Shown piece after piece: positions 27,565-37,908 of a DNA stretch of 64,000 nucleotides (position 1 is the stretch's first letter; each line of letters opens with the position of its first letter). Origin of the DNA: a virus (taxonomy: Duplodnaviria > Caudoviricetes). Where the stretch lies: the IMG/VR virus record IMGVR_UViG_3300003962_000002, positions 15,229 to 79,228 of that record; one strand, written 5' to 3'. Made by a program: the position numbers and the translations under genes. The notes under the pieces are model-generated. The model did no database searches, was not told the origin of the DNA, and saw only the letters and a list, made by a program, of their open reading frames with translations.

Positions 27565-29319
27565 TTACGTAAATTCGTACCCAGGTTTACTACCAAAGGG
27601 AATATAAAACGGCATAAGCTTGTTAAGTATTATAAATCTGTTTGTGTTGAGAGGAGATAGTATTGCATAAAATCCTCCTGGATTCTTATTATTTATAATA
27701 CCTCTTACAGTGATACTTGTGGCTGTGTTAGAGACTATTTGAAAAATATCATTGTATTCTTCTTGGTTTGGTAGCAAAAAATTACCTACCAAGCTATTAT
27801 TGGCTCCAAAATTTGCGGAGGAGTTTATAACAGTCGTGGTGTCTGCTCCAAATACGAACGATTCGCTAGTTCCAATGTATAGAGCTACGTTTGGGATGTT
27901 TATAACGAACTCTCTAAAAGTGAAGAAGCCTGGAATAACTATACCTGGCAAGCTTCTTGCAAATCTACCGCCAGGAACTAACAATGGATCGGTTTCTGTA
28001 AGCCTTACGTTAGTGGAGCCTAGATTAGCATCAAAAAATCTTAGGGCGGAAACGTTAGGCAATATATCTTGAATGGCGGAAGATATATCTGCGGTCCCAT
28101 CGGTTATATCCCAAGTAGTTATCATTTTTATAAACTGATAAATACCTTCTTTACTTCCTTTTAAATGCCAACAACTTATTAGATCTTTAGCAATCCTTCT
28201 TAGAGTGTCCGCCCCTATAGAGAATCCTACTGACGGTAATCCAGTTTGTTCTGACAGAGGTAACAAAGCTGTAGTCAAAACTGTATGAGGATCTTGAAGT
28301 TTGTAAGTCTCTACAAGAGCATGAAGTTCATTAAAAAGGAACCCAAAAACGTGCATCAAATCTTCTAGATCTTCCGTCGTATCTAACGTGCGATATAGCT
28401 CTGGCCAATATCCGTACAGAATATCTCCAAAATCTCTATCTTTAGCAGAGATAGCATATCCTTGTGTGGACGAACCGCTATCTATAGTTGAGAATTCAGC
28501 TTGAGCTACGTTAGCTCCAGACTTAAGAGTAAACACGGTATAATAATAAAACTGATTGTCAAGTAAACCACTTCCACTCCTATTTGAAGCTTCCAAATCA
28601 GTTAAAAAAGTATCTATATATGGAGTAGGAATGCTATCATAAAAAGCTTCATAAACTCGCATATTTACGTTAATTACTGGAGTAGTATTCTCATAAAAAT
28701 ATATCGTAGTCTCGTCATTACTCTTTATAATAAACTTATTGTTGTTTCCGTCTTCGAATATTAGATTTTTTAGTTCGTCTTTTTCGTAAGTTTTAACAAC
28801 TAATTGAGAATTGTCAACAACCACTAGATTTGTAATAAATCCGTTCCCAGCCACAGTTCTTATGTCATACTCATAATTCTCTTGAATTCTAGATACTTCT
28901 GGAAAGTCTGGTAAAACTACGTACTTTCCGTTCGAAATAGAAGAAGATTCTACAGTAATAGTTGTTGAAGTATTGTTAACAATTTTGTGAACTTTGCTAG
29001 AAGAATCTCTTAACAATCTACCAGTTAAATTAGAGTTGCTGGGGAAGGTTGCTGCTGTGTCAGTTAAAGTACTTCCTAATACCGAAATAGTACCAGTATT
29101 CAATCCTACTATAGTTTTTCCTCTAAAGATTTCTATAGGACGAGAGTCCGTAGCTTTTGTTGGAAAAGAACTATTGTACAATTCAGAAGGAAAATGAGTA
29201 ATAGTTTTAGTTACTATTAATTCGTCACTAGTATCGTTAAAATACAGCGGAGCCAACCAATTGAGAGCAATTTGGTTAGGTTTATCAGTAGAAACTTTAA
29301 AGGATCTAGCTAATCCCAT
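27565..29319 (-). CDS. Baseplate wedge protein, gpI/T4 gp7-like
   Basis: LY..WPELYR.LD....L..L...FG, L.PL.EQ.G, LRR......W.LKGS.EGI typical of P2 gpI-like domains. Confidence 0.7.
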   Translation of the reverse strand: MGLARSFKVSTDKPNQIALNWLAPLYFNDTSDELIVTKTITHFPSELYNSSFPTKATDSRPIEIFRGKTIVGLNTGTISVLGSTLTDTAATFPSNSNLTGRLLRDSSSKVHKIVNNTSTTITVESSSISNGKYVVLPDFPEVSRIQENYEYDIRTVAGNGFITNLVVVDNSQLVVKTYEKDELKNLIFEDGNNNKFIIKSNDETTIYFYENTTPVINVNMRVYEAFYDSIPTPYIDTFLTDLEASNRSGSGLLDNQFYYYTVFTLKSGANVAQAEFSTIDSGSSTQGYAISAKDRDFGDILYGYWPELYRTLDTTEDLEDLMHVFGFLFNELHALVETYKLQDPHTVLTTALLPLSEQTGLPSVGFSIGADTLRRIAKDLISCWHLKGSKEGIYQFIKMITTWDITDGTADISSAIQDILPNVSALRFFDANLGSTNVRLTETDPLLVPGGRFARSLPGIVIPGFFTFREFVINIPNVALYIGTSESFVFGADTTTVINSSANFGANNSLVGNFLLPNQEEYNDIFQIVSNTATSITVRGIINNKNPGGFYAILSPLNTNRFIILNKLMPFYIPFGSKPGYEFT

Positions 29320-32300
29320 TAGTCGATTCCGTTGTAGATATTGATAACTAAATCATTAAGATCTAATTGAGGTATTTCCATTTTTCTTAGGTTTATTATG
29401 TCATCAGCTATTCTTGATGTTCTGAACGTAAATTGGTCCGTGTTAGTGTTTGGTATAGATCCTACTGTACCTTTGCCTGCTGCGTTGACGTCTGTGGCCG
29501 AGGTTATACTTCCTGCTGAGATGCCTAGAGCTAGAGAGATTTCATTCTCATCGTCGTAGTATCGGCTAGTAATGGTGGCTCCGGTTCCTAATACAGGCGT
29601 TAGGTTGCTGTCTATTTTTATGCTCTTTGGACCTTCTACAGAAAAGATGGCGTCGTAGGAGGATGGTAGTTGGTTTGGTCCTGTGGTGGAATTAGACCAC
29701 GCTGATCCATCAAAACGTGAGATCTCTCCGTCACTATATGTGGGAGATGAGTCGTCGATTGCTATGTGAATAGAGTCGTTAGCATATACGTGCCCATTAG
29801 AACCTACCACGACTGGTAATCCAGAATCTAAGGTCAAACTATCATTTAGATCGTCTACGGCTATAATTGGAAACAAAACTCCATCATTATCTTGGAAGAA
29901 GTTTCCAGGAACAACTGAGGCCAAGTTTACTACAGCACTATACTGAACAATTCCTGACAAAGAGTTATAAGTATATGCTGCTGCGTTGTTATAAACCAGT
30001 ACACTATCTTGTTGAAGATTGTTATAAGACACATCTCCAGATAGTACTATGTGATACTGAACTCCAGCAACCAAAGTAGGAGGGGAGGAGAAAGAGAATA
30101 CCACTCTCTCTGATAATTCAGAAACAGAGGTAACGTTTATCGCATTAGAAACCGCCACAACAGAGGTGATATCTGGTAGTCCTGCGCCGTCATCAGCTAC
30201 TATCCTTGCGGACAAACTGCCTAATATATTACCTTCTCTTCTCAAATTTAAAGTGACAACCGCATACGAATCCGTAGAAGTTACTTTGAAACCTTGCGAA
30301 TACTGACTACCTAAGCCAGATCCAGTAAGAATCAATTCACTACTAGTATTAGATTCCGCATAAGCTATTTGCGGTAACGCTCTATTGTCTACAGCTATGA
30401 TACTAAAGGCTTGACCGCTAGCGTCCATAAGAATGTTAGCAGAACTAATTCCTTCCAAATCAGGAGAACCATTAAGTCGTACTTGTTTATTAGACTGATT
30501 AAAAGAGATAAGATCTACGCTAACTCCGATATTACCTATATTATTTTGTAGGTCGCTAATTTGAAAACTATCGCCAATAGTACCTATTTGAGTAAATTGT
30601 GCGCCAATAGAATAGATAGTATTGTGACTGTTATATTGAATGTTAAAAATACTACCATTAAAAACTATCTGACTTCCTATCAACTTCTTGACTATTTTAT
30701 AACTACCCCCACTAACTACTGTCACAGACGCATCGTTAACAGCCGTGATAGAAGTGGTTATAGTATTGCTGTTGTTATCGACGATTTCCCATATATTTCC
30801 AGCGCCGTCCACTAAGTAGTAGTTTCCGTCGGCATATTCTTCAGGAACAAACACTTGAGAGTTGTCGATAAGAATATTAGCGTTGAGAGCAACGCCTGTT
30901 CCAGAAATAATAGACAAGTCAATACTAGAGTCGGTAATACTATCTACTGACAAGTTAGTTGCTGTAGAGTTGATCTTTTTAAAGCATTTGAAAGCTTGAA
31001 AAGCTGTATCACCATTTCTTATAGATCCGCCAGCATTAACTCCTGCTACTTCATTTACTGGTTGATTTGGTAATATGAATAGACTTGAGTTTTCGTTGTC
31101 TACAGAGAATATATAAAAATCTGTGTCGTCGTCGCAACCTTGGATCAGGGTTGTTAGAGTGAATCCGGAGTCGCCTTCGTTGGCGTCCGTTAAAATAGTC
31201 TTGTCGCTAGAAGTAACAATTACTACGTTTCCTACTGGAGCCGGGGCGGAGAATTTTGAGTCTCCATCCAAAACAGTTCTCAACAAAGAAGCCACAGTAT
31301 TAGCGTTGTCACCAGTAGTAATAACTACGGGTAATAATCTGCCGCCGCTAGGAGTAGCCGGTGCTACGTCTGCTCCACGGTCGAACCACACCCTCACTGC
31401 GCCGACGGTATCATATAGATCAAAATATTTTCCACCAATAGTAACTGCGGCTGCGCCTTGAGTAACTACTGTAAAAGTAAAGCTCGTAGGAACTAGGCCG
31501 TCAGTAGGATTGGCTCTAGGACCCACCGCAACGTTGGTTATGATTACTTGATTTCCTAGAACTGTGGCGGAATATTCGCTATCCCCATCCACTACTGTTT
31601 GCAGGGCAGAAGCTACGTCATTGGCAGGATCGTTAGCAGAGATATCAACCTCCAACAAACGTCCTCCCATAGGAACACTAGGAGCCGTAGAAGTATTATC
31701 TATGTCAAACCAAATACGAACAGGACCAGAACTATCTTCTATATCGAAATAAGCTCCAGCTAGAGAATCAGGATTAGTTCCTAATACTGTAGTGTTTATT
31801 GTGAAGCTTGTAGGAACAGATCCATCAGCCGTATCTGCTACATCCATTTCATTGTCGTGAGTAACAGTAACTACGTTAGTTAAAACTGTAGCTGTGAATT
31901 CGGAATCAGCATCAAGTGCTGTTTGTAGCGCCGTAGCTACGTCATCAGCAGTATCGTTCGTTGCTATAGACACTTCTATGTGTCTGTTAGCTCCGGTGGA
32001 TGGTTGAGTATTTCCGCTGGCAACATTAAACCACACGCCAACTGGCCCAGCTATATCATAAATAACAAAATAAGTACCACCCAAATCACCAGCTACGTCA
32101 GCCCTAGTGGTAATGGTGGTTTCTTCTTTGGTTCCTTGTTGGTCTGCTAAAGTAGTAACTTTTACTACTTCGTATTCGCCAATTCCGTCTCCGACAGTCT
32201 TAATTTCTATTTGTTCTTCTTGGCCTGGACCATTTCTAAATTTATCTCCAGGTCCCACTCCAGACAAATCCACAGGAAAATCATAAGTAATTTCACCTGT

Positions 32301-33926
32301 ATTAGAATCGTAAGAAAATCCTTCTGGTTTAGAGTTGTCAAAAATAACAATATCCTCAACTTCTTGAACTTCTCCAGAAGCAGCTAACAACCATTCAGCT
32401 TCAGATACTTTAGGGAATATAGTAACGTCATTGTGTTTATAGTCGGTTACCAAACCTTGTACGTTTTTTGCTACACGAGGTCTATAAGAAAGTCTTTTTA
32501 TTTCAAACCGACTAACACCATCAATAGCTTTTATTACTTCGTATACATCCTTTAATAATATTTGTTCAGCAAAGCCAATACCAGCTTCATCAGAACCTCC
32601 AGTAGTTAAGCTGAAGAAGTTCTCCATAGCGGTTTGAATTGATCTACGAACGGTCGTCTTGCTGGCGGTGTCATTCAAAAATACTTCTAAAGTAACCAAA
32701 GCATCAATGCTATAGGCGTCTAAGATTTGAAACTGTACAGTTACGGTTTTACGACGATCTACAAAATTGTTAATTTGTGTCAACAATAAAGTATTATTTG
32801 TAATGTTGGATATTCCGGCCCCTTGAGGGACTACGTAGATGTTCAAATCTATACCAGGATCTGTAGTATTCGCTTCTGTGGATGCTGCAAATACTTCGCT
32901 GAAGTTGGTAACGATTAGATCTGAATAGTCGGTTTCTGATACGGCTCTATTTAAGATTCTTAGGCTAGCTGGGATTAGTTGGCGAAGCTGTTCGATACTT
33001 TGTTCATCTGCTCCACCAGAAGCTGGTTCTGGATTAGTTACAGAGCTTACAAAAGGTAATGAATCTTGCAGAGTGATGGTGCTTGCGGCGATGTTACCTT
33101 GTGATCCGCCGCCAGTTCTATAGTTGATGGTGATGACCTCTCCGGACACCAGCTTACGACCAAAGATACCGTCTCCGAATCTAATAAAAGGGGTTCCGTC
33201 TGCTCGTTCATGTAAAGTAAAGACTCTACCGCCCCCACCAACAACGTTCCCAAGAGAATCTTCTACTACAGGGCTGTCTGTTCCGTTAAAACGAACAAAA
33301 CTCTCAACCAGAGTATACTCATTTCCTGAAATCTCAACGTAAGGAGTAATATCGGCTAAATTTATATTGTCTAGGTCTCGAATTACATTAGGGCCTATTA
33401 AGTTGAACTCTTCGTTTTGTAGACCTTGTGATACAAAAGTTTCAGACTTAATCTCGCCCTGTAAAGCCGTTCCTGTATATTGACCTGCGATTCCAGCTAC
33501 AACAGGAGATGTTAAGTAAAAAGGAACGCCGCTCGTAGACATCAACTTAAATCCACGAGGAATAGTACCGCCGGAAGTAGTGGTAAAGACTACGTCAACC
33601 GAAGCACTAGAAGCTGTAGCTGGAACGAATCCAAACTGAGCAGCAATATTTTTTACATTACTTCTTATGCGAGCGGTTTGTAAATAAGATTCAGTAGCTT
33701 GTACATCCTGATAAAACAACAATAGATCAGCTACATAAGCGACTAATTCAAGCCACGAACGAGAAAATGAATCAACATTAAAATTACTCCAGAGTCTATT
33801 TCTAGACGTACCTGGACCATAGTTAACCGTAGCAAAGGAAACCAAGGCGTCAGAAACGCTGTCGAAATCCTTTGATAGGTAGTCTATGCTTTTATTACTT
33901 GTGAGAGATGTAATTTCGTTCGCCAT
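29319..33926 (-). CDS. Baseplate wedge protein, J/T4 gp6-like, greatly extended (1535 aa)
   Basis: IDYLSKDFDS, LELVAYVAD, QATESYLQTAR.R..V..IA, FGDG.FG, SGGADEQSIE.LR, RAVSETDY. Confidence 0.85.
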   Translation of the reverse strand: MANEITSLTSNKSIDYLSKDFDSVSDALVSFATVNYGPGTSRNRLWSNFNVDSFSRSWLELVAYVADLLLFYQDVQATESYLQTARIRSNVKNIAAQFGFVPATASSASVDVVFTTTSGGTIPRGFKLMSTSGVPFYLTSPVVAGIAGQYTGTALQGEIKSETFVSQGLQNEEFNLIGPNVIRDLDNINLADITPYVEISGNEYTLVESFVRFNGTDSPVVEDSLGNVVGGGGRVFTLHERADGTPFIRFGDGIFGRKLVSGEVITINYRTGGGSQGNIAASTITLQDSLPFVSSVTNPEPASGGADEQSIEQLRQLIPASLRILNRAVSETDYSDLIVTNFSEVFAASTEANTTDPGIDLNIYVVPQGAGISNITNNTLLLTQINNFVDRRKTVTVQFQILDAYSIDALVTLEVFLNDTASKTTVRRSIQTAMENFFSLTTGGSDEAGIGFAEQILLKDVYEVIKAIDGVSRFEIKRLSYRPRVAKNVQGLVTDYKHNDVTIFPKVSEAEWLLAASGEVQEVEDIVIFDNSKPEGFSYDSNTGEITYDFPVDLSGVGPGDKFRNGPGQEEQIEIKTVGDGIGEYEVVKVTTLADQQGTKEETTITTRADVAGDLGGTYFVIYDIAGPVGVWFNVASGNTQPSTGANRHIEVSIATNDTADDVATALQTALDADSEFTATVLTNVVTVTHDNEMDVADTADGSVPTSFTINTTVLGTNPDSLAGAYFDIEDSSGPVRIWFDIDNTSTAPSVPMGGRLLEVDISANDPANDVASALQTVVDGDSEYSATVLGNQVIITNVAVGPRANPTDGLVPTSFTFTVVTQGAAAVTIGGKYFDLYDTVGAVRVWFDRGADVAPATPSGGRLLPVVITTGDNANTVASLLRTVLDGDSKFSAPAPVGNVVIVTSSDKTILTDANEGDSGFTLTTLIQGCDDDTDFYIFSVDNENSSLFILPNQPVNEVAGVNAGGSIRNGDTAFQAFKCFKKINSTATNLSVDSITDSSIDLSIISGTGVALNANILIDNSQVFVPEEYADGNYYLVDGAGNIWEIVDNNSNTITTSITAVNDASVTVVSGGSYKIVKKLIGSQIVFNGSIFNIQYNSHNTIYSIGAQFTQIGTIGDSFQISDLQNNIGNIGVSVDLISFNQSNKQVRLNGSPDLEGISSANILMDASGQAFSIIAVDNRALPQIAYAESNTSSELILTGSGLGSQYSQGFKVTSTDSYAVVTLNLRREGNILGSLSARIVADDGAGLPDITSVVAVSNAINVTSVSELSERVVFSFSSPPTLVAGVQYHIVLSGDVSYNNLQQDSVLVYNNAAAYTYNSLSGIVQYSAVVNLASVVPGNFFQDNDGVLFPIIAVDDLNDSLTLDSGLPVVVGSNGHVYANDSIHIAIDDSSPTYSDGEISRFDGSAWSNSTTGPNQLPSSYDAIFSVEGPKSIKIDSNLTPVLGTGATITSRYYDDENEISLALGISAGSITSATDVNAAGKGTVGSIPNTNTDQFTFRTSRIADDIINLRKMEIPQLDLNDLVINIYNGID

Positions 33927-33935
33927 CGTAAAACC

Positions 33936-34346
33936 TTATGCAGCCGAAATCTGATTAGAAGTTCTAAGAGGAAATATCAAATTAGCAGAAGTATCAGTAG
34001 CATTAACAATAAATCTGATACTAAATAAAATTAAACCTGTATTTCTATTAACTTGTCCTGTAACAGATGTAACAGTAATACGAGGTTCGAACTTACTCAA
34101 AGCTGCTCTAATTTCAGAAGCTCCGTTCAAATAAGCTTGATCTATATTTTCCCATATTTGGTTTCTTAGTGCGCAACCGTAAGTAGGTCTTCCTACTCGC
34201 TCTCCAGGAACAGTAAGAAGTAATTGTTGAATATCTTGGAGTAGAAGATCTAAACCTGATATCGGTTCAAAATTACCATTAATAGGAAATTTTAAATCGT
34301 GTCCTAAGCGCAAAGCAAGAGTGTCTGTTTTGGTAATAATAGCCAT
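33936..34346 (-). CDS. Baseplate wedge subunit gp25/GPW-like
   Basis: DLKFP, QDIQQLLLTVPGERVGRP.YGC, I..AL.KFEPRI; start 34346 from TAATG overlap. Confidence 0.9.
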   Translation of the reverse strand: MAIITKTDTLALRLGHDLKFPINGNFEPISGLDLLLQDIQQLLLTVPGERVGRPTYGCALRNQIWENIDQAYLNGASEIRAALSKFEPRITVTSVTGQVNRNTGLILFSIRFIVNATDTSANLIFPLRTSNQISAA

Positions 34347-34987
34347 TACGAGATCATTCCTCCTGTTGCTGCGCCTAACGTCATAGGACCTGCGGCGGCT
34401 GGACATGTTCCTATTACGGTATTTGGTAAATAGGTTACTTCTGCGTTCTTCTTTATGTATTTACAAATAGCTTTGTATACTTTTTCTGCTAGGGCTGGGT
34501 CTCCGGTTGGAGGGGAGGCTAATTGTGCCCAAGCTGATCCGTCTAACTCATCCACTGTGCCTTTTTGGCCTGCGCCCATAACTAAAGGTCCTGGTGATAC
34601 TGGAGTGGAAGTACAATTACCTGTAATGTTTCCGGGAGCGAAGTTTATTTTAGCTGCTCCAGTTATATAACCTGTTGAAACTGCTGCCTCTTTTGCTAAA
34701 GCTCCGGGATTTGCTGTAGGGAATCCTGACATCATTTCTCCAAGCCACGGCCCAGGAGTTAAGCCTAAGATTAAGCCGTTTGTTGCTTCTCCTCCAACTA
34801 AAGGCGCACCTGCTGCTGTAGTTCCTTTTACAGTTTCAGGTAAATGTGTTGTGGTGGCGGCGGTTATAGTGAGGATTGCTTTAGCGTAAGCCTCCATTTC
34901 TGGAGTAGTTTCAATGGGTTGCCCATCTTTATCCTTAACGTCCAAAGCTTTATTTATCTCTTTAGCTAACTCTTTATAATCTAACAT
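34346..34987 (-). CDS. Hypothetical structural protein with three internal G-x-(C/T)...G[AP]P...G repeats (possible spike tip)
   Basis: Between spike and gp25 genes; three similar segments. Confidence 0.6.
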   Translation of the reverse strand: MLDYKELAKEINKALDVKDKDGQPIETTPEMEAYAKAILTITAATTTHLPETVKGTTAAGAPLVGGEATNGLILGLTPGPWLGEMMSGFPTANPGALAKEAAVSTGYITGAAKINFAPGNITGNCTSTPVSPGPLVMGAGQKGTVDELDGSAWAQLASPPTGDPALAEKVYKAICKYIKKNAEVTYLPNTVIGTCPAAAGPMTLGAATGGMIS

Positions 34988-35001
34988 ATCTCACCTATAA
35001 T

Positions 35002-35020
35002 ATAGTATACACTTTGACAA
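35002..35020 (-). promoter_or_regulatory. Putative late promoter copy (TTGTCAAAGTGTATACTAT)
   Basis: Intergenic, 14 nt upstream of the ATG at 34987; matches the 4-copy motif. Confidence 0.65.
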
Positions 35021-35024
35021 AGAG

Positions 35025-35879
35025 TTAAGCTTTCATCAGTCCTAATTTTACGGCGATCTCAGCATATTTGGCTGCCTGTCCAGCTGGACTCCCGAACCCC
35101 GCAAATACATCGGTAGATAGTGTTTGAGCAAACTCTTGCATCAACTCTACCAAACCGGCTCCTACGCCCTTTAATTCCACTTTCCCTGCTGCCGTAATCT
35201 GCAACCCACCTACAGGACCCTTCAACTCTATGTCGCCTCCAGAAGCCAAATTTGCCTCTGCTGTAGGCCCTTTAACAGCTATATTACCTGTAGCATCAAT
35301 AGAAGCTGAAGCTGTTCCAGTATCTACAGTAAAACCGTCAGTAGTGCTTAAACTTAAACTACTACCTCCAGCTAAGTTAGCAGAAATACTATCATTTATA
35401 CCGTCAATAGTCAAAGATAGTCCGTTAGGAAACTCAATTAATATTTGTGATTCTGCTGGGTTACCTTCCAGCACATGTAATTTGATCCCTCCTGAGGTGG
35501 TAAGTCTAACTCCTTTTTCGAGTTTTGCTGGACCCTTACCATCATCAAATTCGAGAGTGTGTCCGTCTGGAGTATAAAAACCTCTATTAGTGGGATTTTT
35601 ACGTTTAAATACTTCTGGTAGATCTACGTCAGAATCTTCTCCTTTTGCAATATTTCCCCAAGCGATAGGGTGAGAAGAAAATCCACAATCACACTCTACA
35701 AAAACCACATCCCCTATTTTGGGAGGATCAAATAGTCCTGGAAGTTTGAGATAATCGACCCATACGGTTTCTCCTAGCATAGGATGCTTTACTCGCACTC
35801 TACCTCTAGCTAAAGGATCAACGTTGTCAATAACGACTCCTTTAGATCGACCTGCATATAAACCGTTTACTTCAAACAT
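35025..35879 (-). CDS. Baseplate central spike, gp5/VgrG/gpV-like
   Basis: N-terminal OB fold GVVIDNVDPL.RGRVRVK, PPKIGDVVFV...G....PI; C-terminal beta-helix-like repeats. Confidence 0.85.
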   Translation of the reverse strand: MFEVNGLYAGRSKGVVIDNVDPLARGRVRVKHPMLGETVWVDYLKLPGLFDPPKIGDVVFVECDCGFSSHPIAWGNIAKGEDSDVDLPEVFKRKNPTNRGFYTPDGHTLEFDDGKGPAKLEKGVRLTTSGGIKLHVLEGNPAESQILIEFPNGLSLTIDGINDSISANLAGGSSLSLSTTDGFTVDTGTASASIDATGNIAVKGPTAEANLASGGDIELKGPVGGLQITAAGKVELKGVGAGLVELMQEFAQTLSTDVFAGFGSPAGQAAKYAEIAVKLGLMKA

Positions 35880-35881
35880 TT

Positions 35882-37585
35882 TTACCCCAGAATAGTCTTA
35901 TTATACTCGTCCATAGCAGATCCTTCTGCTAAAGATTTAGGATTAAATCCTGCTCCTATTTTAGAAGGATCTTTGATAACATCTAGTGCGGAACTTTTAA
36001 ACAAATTCATATTAGTATCTGATTCTTGGCCTTTTGTTGCTTTTTGTATGTTTACTCCGGTGCCTCCGTAGGTGGCGTTTCCTAAAGCTAAACCACGACA
36101 GTCGTAACCATTAGAGTCTATGGTGTGCGTTATTGTTGTTATGTTGTATTGTCCGGTATATCTTTGTCCTAAACCGCTAAATTTAACTACTCCTGGTCGT
36201 AATCTAGGAAAACCCATGGCGGTGAAGTCGAGCATTATCAGTTTACCTTGACAACCAGCAACAGCTTTGCTGTTTTCCAACATAGTTTGTGGGTCGTCAG
36301 CTTGAGGAGAATTAATTACTTTTCCAGCAATATATCCGTCATTCTTAGCTACATTGTCGTTCAAAGCTTTGGCGGAAGGGATAACATTTCCACTAGCTGG
36401 ATTGGCATCGGCTTGCTGCGCTCCTTCAAAAAACACTGTGGACTCCTGCCCACTAGTACTACTAGCTGCGGTGCTTTGGCCATTAGCTCCAGTACCTGTT
36501 ATAGTAGTTCCTGTTGGCGAAGAGAAGTCTGCTTTTATGTTGGCTGTTTTTAAAATAGATCCAGGAGCTTTATAATACAACAAAGAATCATTAGGAATGA
36601 TCGGTTTTTGTTCCCATTCAGAGCGACTTATCATAGCAATAGTATCTTTATTAGTTTTGGGATCTATAAAAGCTATATAATAAGCTCCGCTACTTTTGGC
36701 CACTTCTTTGAAAAACTGATGAAAGCTCTTTCCAGCAGGAATAGTTTTTACGTGATATTTGTCCACTTTTGGAGACAATAGATTCTCACTTACTATACAA
36801 CTCATTCCAGCTTTATCACAAATTTGCTTAACAATGTCTTTTGTAGGCATATCTTCAAAAGTATAAACAGGAGTTCCTGTGGTTTCGTCTAAACCAGATA
36901 AAGACTGTTTGTAAAAAGTAATACCTTTTTTTGGAGTAATCTGATCCAAAAAAGAAGTAGAAGGTAAACAAGTAACCACCAGTTTAGGATGTCCAGACTC
37001 AGGAAACTGACTAGTAACTATTTGTATTCTTCCTGAAACTTTTCTAACATTCTCTAAATCTTCTCTATATCCCCAAGAAACTCGTACCATATTTTTTTCT
37101 TCAAACACATATTTCATAGCTCGTTTAGGAGCTACTTCTTTATCGCCTAATTGTTTTTCTGGAGCAGGAGAAGCAGATCCCAACACTCCAATAGAACTAA
37201 GAGTGTCAGATATTAAACCTATTGCCGCTCCAATAGCTTCTGGTATTTGCGGTAAAGAGATAGAGGGTGCGGCTACTATTTGAGAGAACAACAAATCACA
37301 CAACATGCCAGAAGAGTTCGGAACTTGAGCATCTGTGTACAAAGAGCTTGAAGAAACTCCATATTTCTGAGAAAACGGCTCCCTAGAGCCTTCTATAAAA
37401 GTTATAGTAATTTGCGTAGAGTGTAGACATTCGGCTAGCGTTTCAGTGATCTCTAACTTCTCTACTAACTTATGAAGTGTTGGAGGCAACAAAGTCATAT
37501 TATTGCCTGCGGCATCACCTACTTCTATTTGAAAGAAGTGAGTCTTAAACTTATCGTATTGAAAGTCTTTTTGACCTATCGCCAT
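35882..37585 (-). CDS. Baseplate hub, gpD/T4 gp27-like
   Basis: VRVSWGY, IVKQIC.KAG, G.P.LRPG.V..SGLG.RY.GQY.I..ITH.I...GY. Confidence 0.75.
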   Translation of the reverse strand: MAIGQKDFQYDKFKTHFFQIEVGDAAGNNMTLLPPTLHKLVEKLEITETLAECLHSTQITITFIEGSREPFSQKYGVSSSSLYTDAQVPNSSGMLCDLLFSQIVAAPSISLPQIPEAIGAAIGLISDTLSSIGVLGSASPAPEKQLGDKEVAPKRAMKYVFEEKNMVRVSWGYREDLENVRKVSGRIQIVTSQFPESGHPKLVVTCLPSTSFLDQITPKKGITFYKQSLSGLDETTGTPVYTFEDMPTKDIVKQICDKAGMSCIVSENLLSPKVDKYHVKTIPAGKSFHQFFKEVAKSSGAYYIAFIDPKTNKDTIAMISRSEWEQKPIIPNDSLLYYKAPGSILKTANIKADFSSPTGTTITGTGANGQSTAASSTSGQESTVFFEGAQQADANPASGNVIPSAKALNDNVAKNDGYIAGKVINSPQADDPQTMLENSKAVAGCQGKLIMLDFTAMGFPRLRPGVVKFSGLGQRYTGQYNITTITHTIDSNGYDCRGLALGNATYGGTGVNIQKATKGQESDTNMNLFKSSALDVIKDPSKIGAGFNPKSLAEGSAMDEYNKTILG

Positions 37586-37587
37586 TA

Positions 37588-37908
37588 TTACACTCTATTC
37601 ATTGTTGCTATAGCTTCTAATACTCTGTTTATTTTTGGTACTCTTAGGATTTGGTTTGTTTTTGGGCCGAATAATGGATCACTTATGTTGTTATATTCCA
37701 TCAATACCCACCATAACGCAGGGGTGTTGTATGCTAATTGCGATATCATATCTGGACGTTTGGTTAGATCTTGAGTAATGGTGATAAAAGTGTCTCCACT
37801 ATCCTCTTCTAGATTTAGAGGTTGGCGTAGAACGAGGAATTGTTGCTCTTCTCTGGTAAAAGTGATGATGCCGTTTGTATATCTATTTAAAGGTTTAAAA
37901 TTTGCCAT
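37588..37908 (-). CDS. Baseplate LysM-like protein (gpX/gp53-like)
   Basis: RPDMIS..AY..P.LWWVL...N.I.DPL......ILRVP. Confidence 0.8.
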   Translation of the reverse strand: MANFKPLNRYTNGIITFTREEQQFLVLRQPLNLEEDSGDTFITITQDLTKRPDMISQLAYNTPALWWVLMEYNNISDPLFGPKTNQILRVPKINRVLEAIATMNRV

